A program made the position numbers and the translations under genes. From contig JAWLHY010000001.1 of assembly GCA_041690135.1 (NCBI GenBank), positions 640,001 through 704,000 of the forward strand: 64,000 nt of DNA. Reading direction: 5' to 3'. Of this stretch, positions 17,908 to 28,088 are shown piece after piece. A model generated the notes under the pieces. That model saw only the letters and a program-made list of their open reading frames with translations. It searched no databases and was not told where the DNA came from. Source of the DNA: Armatimonadota bacterium. Lineage in GTDB: Bacteria > Armatimonadota > SYMT01. Position 1 is the stretch's first letter; each line of letters starts with the position of its first letter.

Positions 17908-18963
17908 ATGCCGACACTCGATGTTGGCCTCATCGGCTGCGGTCGCCTGGCTCTCGGCGTCCACCTTCCCATTCTCGAACGTCTCTCTTCGCGTCAGGCC
18001 GTGCGACTGGCCGCGCTGGCGGACCCGGACCCGGACCGCCGCTCCCAGGCCGCCGGGCGATCGCCCGCCGCCAAGCAGTATGACGATTACCGGCAACTGC
18101 TGCGGCAGCCCGGCCTGGCCGGGGTTATTGTCTGTCTCCCGCCGGCCCAGCACGCGGAAGCCGCGGTCCGCTCGCTGCAGTCCGGGAAGCACCTCTACCT
18201 GGAGAAGCCCCTGGCCGCCGATCCGGCGGAAGGGGAAGCGATCCTATCCGCCTGGGAGAGAGCCCGCACCACGGCGATGATCGGCTTCAACTACCGGTTC
18301 CATCCGGCGATCCGCGAGGCTCGCGAGATCATCCGGTCGGGAGCGCTGGGTGAAGTGCTGGCGGTGCAGTCGGAGTTCTCCACCTGCGAACAGCCGATGC
18401 CGGAGTGGAAACGGCGCCGTGCCAGCGGGGGAGGGGTGCTGCTGGACCTGGCTTCCCACCATATCGACCTTGCCCGCTTTCTCCTCGGCCAGGAGGTGGG
18501 GGAGGTCTCTTGCCGCACCCTCTCCCACCGCAGCGAAGGGGACGCGGCCTCGCTGCGGCTGCGGATGGTCCGGGGCGCCCTTGTGCAAACGTTCGTGTCT
18601 CTGGTCTCGGCGGAGGAGGACCAGATCCGGGTGTTCGGCACGGAGGGAGCACTCCGGTTCGACCGCTATCGGAGCCTCCGGCCCCAGGTTATCCCCTTGC
18701 GGCGCGGGAGGGAGCGGGTTCGCGCCGTGTGGGAACGAGTCTCGGAGCTGCGAGCGTGGCCGCTGCAGGCCCGTAAGGCCCTGATTCCCGGATACGAGCC
18801 TTCCTACGCCGCTGCCCTGGAGCACTTTTTTCGCAGTGTTCGGGAGGAGCGACCCGCGGCGCCCGATCTGCGCGACGGGTACGCCAGCCTGGCGGTAGTC
18901 GCTGCGGCGGAAAGGTCGGCGGAATCGGGCGAGACAGTGGCTGTCCGGCCGGTGGAGGGCTGA
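17908..18963 (+). CDS. Gfo/Idh/MocA family oxidoreductase
   Basis: GLIGCG, EKPLA, GFNYRF, GGGVLLDLASHHID. Confidence 0.95.
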   Translation: MPTLDVGLIGCGRLALGVHLPILERLSSRQAVRLAALADPDPDRRSQAAGRSPAAKQYDDYRQLLRQPGLAGVIVCLPPAQHAEAAVRSLQSGKHLYLEKPLAADPAEGEAILSAWERARTTAMIGFNYRFHPAIREAREIIRSGALGEVLAVQSEFSTCEQPMPEWKRRRASGGGVLLDLASHHIDLARFLLGQEVGEVSCRTLSHRSEGDAASLRLRMVRGALVQTFVSLVSAEEDQIRVFGTEGALRFDRYRSLRPQVIPLRRGRERVRAVWERVSELRAWPLQARKALIPGYEPSYAAALEHFFRSVREERPAAPDLRDGYASLAVVAAAERSAESGETVAVRPVEG

Positions 18964-20204
18964 TGCGCATTCTGCTGGTCAACGACTACGGCACGCCCAC
19001 CGGCGGCGCGGAGCTCCTCTGGCTCGGGCTCCGGGCGCAACTGCAGGCGCTGGGGCATGAAGTCCGCCTCTTGACGAGCCGGGCCGAGCCGGGGGGCGCC
19101 AGGAGCCTTGCGGACGAGCACTGCGCGGGCACGACCGGCCGGTGGCGGACGGTCCTCCAATCGGCCAATCCCGCTGCGTGCATGACGTTGCGCCGGCTGC
19201 TGAGTTCCTTTCAACCGGATGTGGTGCACGTGGGGATCTTCCTCACCCAGTTGTCGCCGCTGATCCTGCCCCTGCTGCGTCTTATCCCCGCGGTCCACAC
19301 GGCGATGTGGTACCGGACCATCTGCCCGAAGGGGACGCGCCTGCTGCCCGATGCCGGGGAGTGCAGGGCGGAGGCAGGCCAGGCCTGCCTCCAGAGCGGC
19401 TGCCTGCCGTACCGGGACTGGCTCCCGCTGATGTTCCAGATGCGGCTCTGGCGACGAAACCAGGGGGTTTTCGACCGGGTCGTGCCAATCAGTGAGGCGG
19501 TCCGGACCCGTCTGGTGGAAGGGGGCATCGCCTGCACGAATCCGATCCTACCCGGGGTGCCGGAAACGCCGTCGCGCCCGCCTCTTTCCAGCCCGCCGAC
19601 AGCGGCGTTCGCGGGTCGCCTGGTGCCGGAGAAGGGCGTCCTCCCGCTGCTACAGGCATTCACACTGGCCCGCCGGCGTATACCCGAGGCACGTCTCGCG
19701 ATCCTGGGCGACGGGCCGGAACGACCCCAACTGGAACGGGAAGCGGTGCGCCTGGGTGTTGCGGACGCGGTCCGGTTCGGGGGACACCTGGACCGCAAAC
19801 CGATGGAGCGAGCGCTGGCCTCGGCCTGGGTTCAGGTGGTGCCCTCCCTCTGGGCCGAGCCGTTCGGGCTGGTGGCGGCCGAAGCGGCGATGCGGGGGAC
19901 GGCCGTCATCGCTACCCGAAGCGGAGGCCTGGAGGAGATCGTCCGCGACGGCACCACCGGAACGCTGGTTCCCCCCGGAGACGTGGCGGCACTGGCGGAG
20001 AGCCTGGTGTTCTTCCTGACGCGGCGAGAAATGGCGGAACGGATGGGGGCGGCGGCCCGGCAGGAAGCCCAGCACCGCTTCAGCGAGGTGGGAATGGCGA
20101 GGGCTTACGAGGCTCTCTACCGGGAAGTGCTGGCGGAGCGAGGGGCGCAGCCGGTGCAGCCGGACGGGAGCCGAAGCGAGTGGAAGGAGGGAATCCATGC
20201 GTGA
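18963..20204 (+). CDS. Glycosyltransferase family 4
   Basis: GGAE N-terminal motif, GRLVPEKG, EPFGLVAAEA; TGATG translational coupling. Confidence 0.95.
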   Translation: MRILLVNDYGTPTGGAELLWLGLRAQLQALGHEVRLLTSRAEPGGARSLADEHCAGTTGRWRTVLQSANPAACMTLRRLLSSFQPDVVHVGIFLTQLSPLILPLLRLIPAVHTAMWYRTICPKGTRLLPDAGECRAEAGQACLQSGCLPYRDWLPLMFQMRLWRRNQGVFDRVVPISEAVRTRLVEGGIACTNPILPGVPETPSRPPLSSPPTAAFAGRLVPEKGVLPLLQAFTLARRRIPEARLAILGDGPERPQLEREAVRLGVADAVRFGGHLDRKPMERALASAWVQVVPSLWAEPFGLVAAEAAMRGTAVIATRSGGLEEIVRDGTTGTLVPPGDVAALAESLVFFLTRREMAERMGAAARQEAQHRFSEVGMARAYEALYREVLAERGAQPVQPDGSRSEWKEGIHA

Positions 20205-21753
20205 GAGAGCCCGGCCGCTGCTGATCATCGGCCTCGACGGGGGAGACCCGGCGTTCATCCGGCAATGGATCGGGGAAGGACGTCTTCCCACGCTGGCCCG
20301 CCTGATGCGGGAGGGCTGCCATGGCACGACCGGCGGTCCGGAGCTGATCTCGGAGCACGGCGTGTGGGTCTCGATCGTGACCGGAGTGTCGCGCGGGCAG
20401 ACCGGGTTCTTCTACTTCCGGCAGTTGGAACCGGGATCCTATCGGCTCCGGCCGTTTTCGGGGCTCGATGTAGATGCCGAGCCGTTCTGGAGCCGTCTGC
20501 GCGGCGGCGCGCGGCGTGTGGTGGTAGTGGACGTGCCGGATGTGTTCCCGGTGGGCGGCGTTCCGGGAGTCCAACTGGCGAACTGGGCGCCGCACCTGGG
20601 GTGGAGTAGCCGCGACCCCGCCTACCGCCCGGCGGCGGAACCTCCCGCGGCCCTGCGGAAGGCTGCCGGGTCGGCCGGCCGGCGGCGGGTGGTGCGGGAG
20701 AAGACCCCGAGTACTGTGAAGGAAGACCTGCGCATCTTCCACCAACTGCGGCATCGGGTGGCGGCGAAGGGACGGCTGGTTCGCCACCTCCTGACTCGGG
20801 AGCGGCCGGACCTGGCGATGGTCGTGTTTTGCGAGAGCCACACCGCCGCTCACCAGTTCTGGGACTACCGGCCGGAAGCGAACCACTGGAAGGGGGAAGC
20901 GGCCCCGCAGCTTCAGGAGGCGATTGCCGCCATCTACGCGGAGATCGACCGGGAAATCGCCACCCTGCTGGAAGCGCTGCCCGAGGCCAACGTGGTACTC
21001 CTTTCCAGCGTCGGCATCACGGATCATCACCCGACGATCGGCCTCACCGAGGCGTTCTGTCGTCAACTCGGGTACGAGGTGCCCGCCAAGGGGCCACGGT
21101 TCTCTCTGAACCCGCTGGTCCTGGCGCGCCGATGCGTACCGGAACCGGCCCGCGTGGGCTTGAGCCGCCGCCTGTCGCGAGATACGCGGGAACGGCTGCT
21201 GGCGGATTCGTTCCGCTCCGGCACGGATTGGAGCCGAACGACGGCGTTTGCGATCCCCTCCCTCTACTCGAGCTCGCTGCGCGTGAACCTGCGCGGGAGG
21301 GAGCCGCAGGGGATCGTGGCTCCCGGCCGGGAATACGAGCAACTCCTGGATCACCTGACAAGAGATCTTCTCGCACTGGAGGATCCCGCCGCTCGTGCCC
21401 CCGCCGTGCGGCAGGTGTGCCGCGCCCGAGATCTCTTCGGGCCGGAGGCGCACCCGGCCTTGCCGGACCTGTTCGTCCACTGGGTACCTCGCCCCTACTT
21501 CGTGGAACGCGTCATCCACCCCACGGTGGAACTGATCCAACCGCCCCTCGAGTTCAACCGGACCAGCGATCACACTCACGCCGGGTTCGTTTGCTTCGCC
21601 GGGCCGGACATCCACGCGCGGGGCGTGCTGGGAGAAGTCGAGGTGCTCGACCTCGCGCCGACCTTCCTCCGGCTGTTGAATATGCCGGCGGGGGAGAACC
21701 TGCGGGGTCGCCCGTTGGCCGCACTCGGCCGGGCTACGGTGAAGGAGCGATAG
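20197..21753 (+). CDS. Alkaline phosphatase superfamily / type I phosphodiesterase-like protein
   Basis: IIGLDGGD, W.SIVTG, HTAAHQFW, RVNLRGREPQG, DH..AG, DLAPTFL. Confidence 0.85.
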   Translation: MRERARPLLIIGLDGGDPAFIRQWIGEGRLPTLARLMREGCHGTTGGPELISEHGVWVSIVTGVSRGQTGFFYFRQLEPGSYRLRPFSGLDVDAEPFWSRLRGGARRVVVVDVPDVFPVGGVPGVQLANWAPHLGWSSRDPAYRPAAEPPAALRKAAGSAGRRRVVREKTPSTVKEDLRIFHQLRHRVAAKGRLVRHLLTRERPDLAMVVFCESHTAAHQFWDYRPEANHWKGEAAPQLQEAIAAIYAEIDREIATLLEALPEANVVLLSSVGITDHHPTIGLTEAFCRQLGYEVPAKGPRFSLNPLVLARRCVPEPARVGLSRRLSRDTRERLLADSFRSGTDWSRTTAFAIPSLYSSSLRVNLRGREPQGIVAPGREYEQLLDHLTRDLLALEDPAARAPAVRQVCRARDLFGPEAHPALPDLFVHWVPRPYFVERVIHPTVELIQPPLEFNRTSDHTHAGFVCFAGPDIHARGVLGEVEVLDLAPTFLRLLNMPAGENLRGRPLAALGRATVKER

Positions 21754-21758
21754 GAACT

Positions 21759-22676
21759 ATGGGAGTGCGCCTGCCGACGGTTTCCGTGATCGTACCGACC
21801 CGTAACCGCCTCGAAAGCCTGCGCGCCTGCCTGCGGGCATTGGATCAACTGGACTACCCGTCCGAGCGCGTCGAGGCCGTCGTGGTGGACGACGGAAGCG
21901 TACCTCCGGTATCCGCTAGCCTGCACTCCTCCGGGTCCGGTCCCAACCTCCGGCTGTTGCGGGGTGAGGGGAAAGGTCCCGCCGTTGCCCGCAACCGGGG
22001 AGTGGCGGTGGCGGAGGGCGACCTGCTGGCTTTCACGGATGACGACTGCATCCCCTCACCCACGTGGCTCCGGGAGTTGGTGGCCGCGCACGAGAGCCGG
22101 CCGGATGCCGCCGTGGGGGGCCAGGTGGTCAACGGCCTGGATGAGAACCCGTTCGCGGATGCCAGCCAGATGCTGGTGACCTATCTTTACCACTACTACA
22201 ACGACGGGAACTCCGGCGCCCGGTTCTTCACCTCGAACAACCTGTTGGCCCCAGCGCGCGAATTTCGCGCGGCGGGCGGCTTCGACTCCACCTTTCCCCT
22301 GGCCGCCGCGGAAGACCGGGATTTCTGCGACCGCTGGTATGGCGGTGGACGGCCCCTGGTGTACAACTCCCGCGCGGTCGTTTACCACCGGCACCGGATG
22401 GGCCTGCGCACCTACCTCGCACAGCACTACAACTACGGCCGGGGGGCGTATCACTTCCACCTCCGCCGCCGGACCCGCGGCCATGGGCGACTGCGGTTGG
22501 AACCCCCCGTTTTCTATGCCAACCTGCTCGCCTGGCCGCTCCGGGAGCGGAAGCGAAAGTGGAACTGGCGGCTGCGGTTGGCGGCACTCCTGCTGGTTTC
22601 GCAGGGCGCCAATGCCTGCGGTTTCTTCCGGGAAGCGCTCCATCCCTGTTCTCCACTCGACCCCAGTGAGGATTGA
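21759..22676 (+). CDS. Glycosyltransferase family 2
   Basis: SVIVPTRNR, VVDDGS, ARNRG, FTDDD, AAED; ATG 21759. Confidence 0.93.
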   Translation: MGVRLPTVSVIVPTRNRLESLRACLRALDQLDYPSERVEAVVVDDGSVPPVSASLHSSGSGPNLRLLRGEGKGPAVARNRGVAVAEGDLLAFTDDDCIPSPTWLRELVAAHESRPDAAVGGQVVNGLDENPFADASQMLVTYLYHYYNDGNSGARFFTSNNLLAPAREFRAAGGFDSTFPLAAAEDRDFCDRWYGGGRPLVYNSRAVVYHRHRMGLRTYLAQHYNYGRGAYHFHLRRRTRGHGRLRLEPPVFYANLLAWPLRERKRKWNWRLRLAALLLVSQGANACGFFREALHPCSPLDPSED

Positions 22677-22678
22677 TC

Positions 22679-23671
22679 ATGCCCGAGGCCCCTATGCCTG
22701 CCCTCTCCGTGGTCCTCGTCACCCCGGATAGCTACGCTACCGTCCGGATGACGATCCGGCACCTGCTGGCCCAGACCGTAGTCCGGCAGATAGAGCTGGT
22801 GCTTGTCGTCCCCGTGGTGGCGGAACTCCATCCCCATCCCGAGGAACTGACCGGCTTCGGCGCGGTCCGTTACGTGGAGGTGGGCCGGCTGGACAGCATA
22901 CCGGCGGCCCGCGCGGAGGGAATCCGGCGGGCCAGGGCGCCCATCGTCGCTCTGGCGGAAGATCATGCTTTCCCCGAGCCCGGATGGGCGGAGGCCCTGC
23001 TCGCCGCCCATGCCGAGGGGTTCGCCGCAGTCGGCCCGGTAATGGTGAACGCCAACCCCGAAAGCGCCGTGAGCTGGGCCGATTATCTCGTGGGGTACGG
23101 TCCCTGGACCGACCCCGCCGAACCGGGTCCCCGGGAACACCTACCCGGCCACAACAGCAGCTACCGGCGCGAATTGCTGTTGGAGTACGGACCTCGTCTG
23201 GACGAGCTCCTGGAAGCGGAGACGATTCTTCACTGGGACCTGCGCGCCCGCGGCTACGACCTGTACCTCGAGCCCCAGGCGCGCACGCGCCATATGAACT
23301 TCGGCCTCCTGCACACGTTCCTGTTCGTACAGTTCCAGTGCGGGCGCGCGTTTGCCGCGAGTCGTTCGAAGGAGTGGTCGCCCGTGCGCCGTGCCTGCTA
23401 CGCACTTCTCTGGCCCGCGCTCGTGCTGCGACGCCTGAGCCGGCACATGGCGGACCTGCAAAGGGTATCCAGAAGCCGACGGGTGCCTCCGGCCACGCGG
23501 CCCATCCTGGCGCTAGGGCTCCTAGTTGATGGGCTGGGGCAATGCACCGGTTTCCTGTGCGGGGCCGGCGAGGCGCCGAAACGCCTCTCCGCCCTGGAGT
23601 TTCGGCGCTACCAGTATCAGCCGATCCCGGCGCCCGCGATGGCGGCGGGTGAGGCGGGTAAGCCGGGATGA
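22679..23671 (+). CDS. Glycosyltransferase family 2-like protein
   Basis: LSVVLVT, ARAEGIRRARAPIVALAEDH, GHNSSY. Confidence 0.85.
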   Translation: MPEAPMPALSVVLVTPDSYATVRMTIRHLLAQTVVRQIELVLVVPVVAELHPHPEELTGFGAVRYVEVGRLDSIPAARAEGIRRARAPIVALAEDHAFPEPGWAEALLAAHAEGFAAVGPVMVNANPESAVSWADYLVGYGPWTDPAEPGPREHLPGHNSSYRRELLLEYGPRLDELLEAETILHWDLRARGYDLYLEPQARTRHMNFGLLHTFLFVQFQCGRAFAASRSKEWSPVRRACYALLWPALVLRRLSRHMADLQRVSRSRRVPPATRPILALGLLVDGLGQCTGFLCGAGEAPKRLSALEFRRYQYQPIPAPAMAAGEAGKPG

Positions 23672-25152
23672 ATCGCGCCGCGTCCGGTGTGACCGCCCGC
23701 ACGCTGGATGGAACGGTGCGCGTATTCCTGGCGGAGGCCCTGATCCTGCCCACCGGCCTCCTGACGGCGGCGTATCTCACCCGCAAGCTGGGGCCGGCCG
23801 ACTACGGCGTGTTGTCGCTGGCGGTGTCGCTGGTCGCCTGGCTACAGTGGAGCCTGAGCTCCTTCTTTACCCGGGCTTCCATCCAGGTGGTGGGCGAGTC
23901 GGCGGACTGGCGGCCGGTGGGAGCGGTACTGCTGCGGGTGCACCTGCTCTCCGGAGGGGTGCTGGCGGTCCTGGTCGCTGCGGCAGCCTGGCCCGTGGCG
24001 AACGCGCTGCGCGAACCCCAACTCACCGGCTACCTGCTGCTGCTGGCCCCGGAAGTGGTGCTGAGTGCGGTCGTGGCGGCGCACCGGAACCTCATGGTCG
24101 GCACGGGTCAATACACCCCACGGGCGGTCGTCAGCGCGGCCCGGTGGCTCTCCCGGCTGGCCCTCATCGTGCTGTTCGTGGAGTGGAGTGGTTCGGTCGC
24201 GGGCGCCCTCCTCGGCAACGTGCTGGCATCGGCCGTGGAGCTCATCGCCTGCCGTCGCTTCATCCGTCCGGGGTGGCGTGTGAAACCAGGGGCCTTCCCG
24301 ATCGAGCGCCTGCTGCGGCCCGCCGTCCCGCTGTTCCTGGGTGCGCTCTGCCTCCGGATCTTCGACAAGCTCGACCTGTTCGCGTTGAAGCTGCTGGGAG
24401 GGACCGCCGCGGACGCCGGCTATTATGTGGCCGCCCAGAACCTGGCTTTCGTGCCCAGCCTGGTTTCGATCTCCTTCTCGCCGCTGTTGCTCTCTTCGCT
24501 CTGTCGCCTGGGGCGGGAGGGAGCAACCGTGGAAGCGCGGGAACTGGTCCGTCGCACCGTGTGCGTGAGCCTCTGGCTGATCCCGGCGGGGGCCATTGCC
24601 GCCGGTTCCGCCGGGGGGATCGTGAGAACGGTCTACGGTTCCCAGTTCCACGCTTCCGCGCCCCTCTTCGCGCTCCTGATAGGCGCCTCCATCGCCCTGG
24701 TGTTCGTCTCCGTGCACACGGCGCTGCTGACCGCCGCGGAGAAGTCCCTGTGGACCTTCTGGTTGACGCTCCCGCTCTTGCCGATGGCGTGCGCCGGCTA
24801 TCCGCTCTGTATTCCGCCGTTCGGACTGCGGGGAGCCGCCCTGGTAACTCTGGGTGCGGCCGTGGTGACCGCGGGGGCAACGGTGTTCATTACCTACCGG
24901 ACCTGGAAGTGTCCCCCGGCCGCGGCGCACTGGGTGCGGGCATTTGCCGGTGGATTCCTCTTCTGGCACCTGGCCACCGGGTGGCCTGTGGAGGGGTGGC
25001 TGCTGTTGGTGAAGCTGTCGGTGCTGGTGCTGACGTTGCCGGTCTATCTGTGGTTGACCGGGGAGTTCAACTCTTCGGAGCGGAAGTGGCTTTGGAAGCA
25101 ATGGCCCCGACGCCGGGCCGCCGCGGACGGCCGGGGAGGGTATCGAACTTGA
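23668..25152 (+). CDS. Oligosaccharide flippase (Wzx/MOP superfamily)
   Basis: LTRKLGPADYG, many TM helices, D....K..G....GYY motif. Confidence 0.88.
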   Translation: MNRAASGVTARTLDGTVRVFLAEALILPTGLLTAAYLTRKLGPADYGVLSLAVSLVAWLQWSLSSFFTRASIQVVGESADWRPVGAVLLRVHLLSGGVLAVLVAAAAWPVANALREPQLTGYLLLLAPEVVLSAVVAAHRNLMVGTGQYTPRAVVSAARWLSRLALIVLFVEWSGSVAGALLGNVLASAVELIACRRFIRPGWRVKPGAFPIERLLRPAVPLFLGALCLRIFDKLDLFALKLLGGTAADAGYYVAAQNLAFVPSLVSISFSPLLLSSLCRLGREGATVEARELVRRTVCVSLWLIPAGAIAAGSAGGIVRTVYGSQFHASAPLFALLIGASIALVFVSVHTALLTAAEKSLWTFWLTLPLLPMACAGYPLCIPPFGLRGAALVTLGAAVVTAGATVFITYRTWKCPPAAAHWVRAFAGGFLFWHLATGWPVEGWLLLVKLSVLVLTLPVYLWLTGEFNSSERKWLWKQWPRRRAAADGRGGYRT

Positions 25153-26713
25153 ACCGCCCCTCGTGCTGGCCTGCTTCCTGCCAGCGGTAAAGCGTCCAGC
25201 CCTCGGTCTCACCGCAGGGACGAAAATGCGTGTTCAGGGTAGTTTCCAACGCTTCCAGGAACGGCCCGCGCTTCCAGGTAGCCAGCGTGGGCCAGTGGAT
25301 CAGCACCAGGCGGGCCGAGCCAGACCGGAGGCGGGCGAGCGTTTCGGCGCGGGGACCCGGAAACCAGAGGAAGTTGGGCCCGAAGTGCCGGCCCGCGCTC
25401 CGGCGGCGCGCTTCCACATAGACTTCGCTGCGCGGATAACACCAGATCCGCTCTTCCGGCCGGGTGAGCGTGCGCACGGCCATCTCCGGAGTGGGGTAGG
25501 TGTCCGGGCGGTTGGGGGCCGAGGGGAGGGCCGCCGGTTTCGCCTCGGGTTGGGTCTGCGGCACCGTACCGCCCCGCACCAGCCGCCGGACGACTGCCTG
25601 GGCCGGCGCCCGGAGGGTGGTGACCACCGAGGAGCCGAACCCCAGCACCAGCAGGGCGGCGACGAAACCATAGAGCGGCTGAAGGGCCCCGGCGTCGTCA
25701 GTCTCGCGGCGGTCCAAATAGGTAAGGAGGCCGGGAGAGAGCAGCGCGAGTGGTACCAGCACCGGCTTGAGCTGGTGGCCATAGTAGGCGCCCTGCGCTA
25801 TCACCAGCGCCAGGTCCAGGACCGCCCAGGCGGCAACGATCCGAACGGCTGTGGAGTTGGAAGCTGCGGAGCCCGAGGCGGCTATCCCCACCCGCGTGCC
25901 CGCCAGCGCGAGGGCGGCAAAAAGGACGGCCGGCGCGGGAAGGCCCGCGGTCCCGGTCTCCACGGAGTTGCGCAGGTGGTGGGCCGGGGACATGACGGTG
26001 GTCCGCAGCGCGCCGAACACGACTTCAACGAACGCGGGCGCCGCTCCCCGGATCCCGAAGTAGAGGAAGGCGAGAGCAAAGGGGAGCACGGCGAAAGCAG
26101 AAAGAATGACAGCATGTCGCCAGCAGCCCCGAGCATCCGTCCGGGCCCACCATACGAGCGCCAACACCGCAGCCGTCTCGATGAGGAACACGGGCTTGAA
26201 GAGGAGTGCCAGACCGCACAACAGGCCGGCGCCGGCCGCGACCGGGCCGGTGCGAGAGCGACCCAGTGCCAGGACCGCGGCTCCGCTTACGCACAGGACT
26301 CCAAAGGTCTCCGTATCGGCGAAGGGATGGTCTACCTGCGGAGAACAGGCCGCAATCAGGAACAGCGGCCCGGCCAGCAGCCCGCGCCGGGACCCCCACA
26401 GGCGCGCGCCGGTGAGCGACACGCACCCCGCGGCCACACAGATGGCAGTCAGCCCCAGGAGGCGGCCGAGAACCGGGTTGCCATCCGCTCCCATCCAGAG
26501 CAGCAGCCAGACCAGGAAAATGGCGGGGGGCTTGTTCTCGTAGGCATCCCGGTAGGGGAGGTCCCCTGTAGCCCAGGCAAAGCCAACGTAACGGAAGATC
26601 CACTCGTCCGCGCCGGCGGTCCGGAACGCCGTGAGTGCCGCCCCCGCGACGGCCGCCAGTGCGAGACCGAGGGGAACGTGCCAGAGCCAGGGATCGCGGA
26701 GGGGACGAACCAC
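25067..26713 (-). CDS. GT-C fold glycosyltransferase (ArnT/GT39-like)
   Basis: ADEW, LPYRDAYENKPP, DTE, many TM helices; convergent 86-bp overlap with the flippase. Confidence 0.8.
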   Translation of the reverse strand: MVRPLRDPWLWHVPLGLALAAVAGAALTAFRTAGADEWIFRYVGFAWATGDLPYRDAYENKPPAIFLVWLLLWMGADGNPVLGRLLGLTAICVAAGCVSLTGARLWGSRRGLLAGPLFLIAACSPQVDHPFADTETFGVLCVSGAAVLALGRSRTGPVAAGAGLLCGLALLFKPVFLIETAAVLALVWWARTDARGCWRHAVILSAFAVLPFALAFLYFGIRGAAPAFVEVVFGALRTTVMSPAHHLRNSVETGTAGLPAPAVLFAALALAGTRVGIAASGSAASNSTAVRIVAAWAVLDLALVIAQGAYYGHQLKPVLVPLALLSPGLLTYLDRRETDDAGALQPLYGFVAALLVLGFGSSVVTTLRAPAQAVVRRLVRGGTVPQTQPEAKPAALPSAPNRPDTYPTPEMAVRTLTRPEERIWCYPRSEVYVEARRRSAGRHFGPNFLWFPGPRAETLARLRSGSARLVLIHWPTLATWKRGPFLEALETTLNTHFRPCGETEGWTLYRWQEAGQHEGRFKFDTLPGRPRRPGVGAIASKATSAPKS

Positions 26714-26758
26714 AGGGCCATAATGCCTCTACCGATGGCACTGGTGCATCATTTTTCG

Positions 26759-26797
26759 CCACAGAGGGACACAGACGGAACAAGAGGGGACACAGAG
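26759..26797. repeat. Short degenerate repeat CACAGAG
   Basis: CCACAGAGGGACACAGACGGAACAAGAGGGGACACAGAG. Confidence 0.55.
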
Positions 26798-26939
26798 CTT
26801 CGCCGATTAGCCTCGCCGTACTCGCGATGGCGGTCCCGGCTTCGTGGCTAGATCCGGCCTCCAGGCTGGTTGTGTACGTGAACAGCGTTCGACTCCAGCC
26901 GACTTTTCGAGTGAGGTGGGGTGCGGGACTTGTGGGGTC

Positions 26940-26968
26940 CGATCACGATCACGATTACGATCACGATT
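26940..26968. repeat. Hexamer tandem repeat (CGATYA)x5
   Basis: CGATCACGATCACGATTACGATCACGATT, just downstream of the fucosidase stop. Confidence 0.85.
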
Positions 26969-26991
26969 GAGACTGTGGGTGCCGAGACCCG

Positions 26992-27932
26992 TCAGCGGAG
27001 GTTGAGCGGGACGGTGTCGGGGACGGGAGGGGCCTGGCCCAACTTCTCCGGGAGGTGGTCGAACTCCAGCTTGACGACGAGAACAGTGTTTGGTAGCTCG
27101 TTCACGGGAAGGTTGCGGAGGCGCAGGTAGGCTTTGTGCTCCACGTGCTCGCTGGGGACCAGCTCGACTTTGAACGGCACTGGCTTGCCGGTGTTCAGCA
27201 GGGTTGCGCGGCGGGGAGCGATGTCGATCGGCTTCAACTTGACCGCGGCGGATGTGGGGTCGCGGTGGAGGTGGACGTAAAGGGTGTTGCCGCGCCGGGT
27301 CAGCAGCACGTTCCGGTTGGTGGTGAGGTATGAAGCCGCCTCCAACTCCCCATTTGGCGTCCCTGGTTGGGGTAGTGGGGGTGGTGCCAGTCGACGCACG
27401 AGTAGTAAAGGCAGAGAGGGAAGCCTCGCCGGTGACAGGCATCGGCGAGGAGCTTCAGCGCGTCCTTGCCGTAGGGCGTGTTCATCGTGTTGAAGGCGGT
27501 TTGTTTCGTGTCCCACAGGCAGAAGCCGTCATGATGCTTGGTGGTGACACAGACGTACTTCATGCCCGCCTCCTCGGCCAGGTCGAGCCACTGGTCCGGA
27601 TCGAACTTCACCGGGTTCCAGCGCTGCGCGAGCTTGACGTACTCCGCGCGGGGCACGCGGCCGCGCCACTGGTGCTGCTCGTGCCAGCCGGGAATGGCGT
27701 ACAGCCCCCAGTGGATGAACATCCCGAACCGCTTCTCGAAGAACCAGTCGCGCCGGTCACCGAAGCGTTTGATCCGGGGGCGGGCCGGAGAGGAACCGGT
27801 TCGGGGCTGTTGCTGGGCGGCCGCAGTCTCGCCGCCCGCACCGGCCAGGGACAGAAGACCCAGGCCACCCGCGGAACCTCGCAGCATAGCGCGGCGGCTC
27901 AACGACAGTTCATTTCCCCTCTGCTCATCCAT
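26992..27932 (-). pseudogene. Alpha-L-fucosidase (GH29), Tat-exported, internally deleted and frameshifted
   Basis: N-part SRRAML, FGMFIHWG, TTKHHDGF, YYSCVDWHHP ends at YPNQGR near 27358. A different frame carries the C-terminal beta domain (LTTNRNVLLTRRGNTLYVH) to the stop at 26992. The catalytic middle is absent. Confidence 0.8.
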
Positions 27933-28088
27933 CTTTCCCACCTCCCCGTGGCTGCGGTTCTTCTGATCTCTACGTTGACCGAAGGCGTGGAGATCTCATT
28001 CCCGAGTGCCGGTTTGGCGATGGGGTTGCTGGGAACGATGGGAGCGGAGAGAAGCGTGTGACGCGTGCCTGGAAAGAGGAGGAGAGCC

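Noticed and set aside
27340-27360. Programmed frameshift joining the fucosidase halves
   Set aside because: No slippery sequence, and a joined product would still lack the catalytic region.
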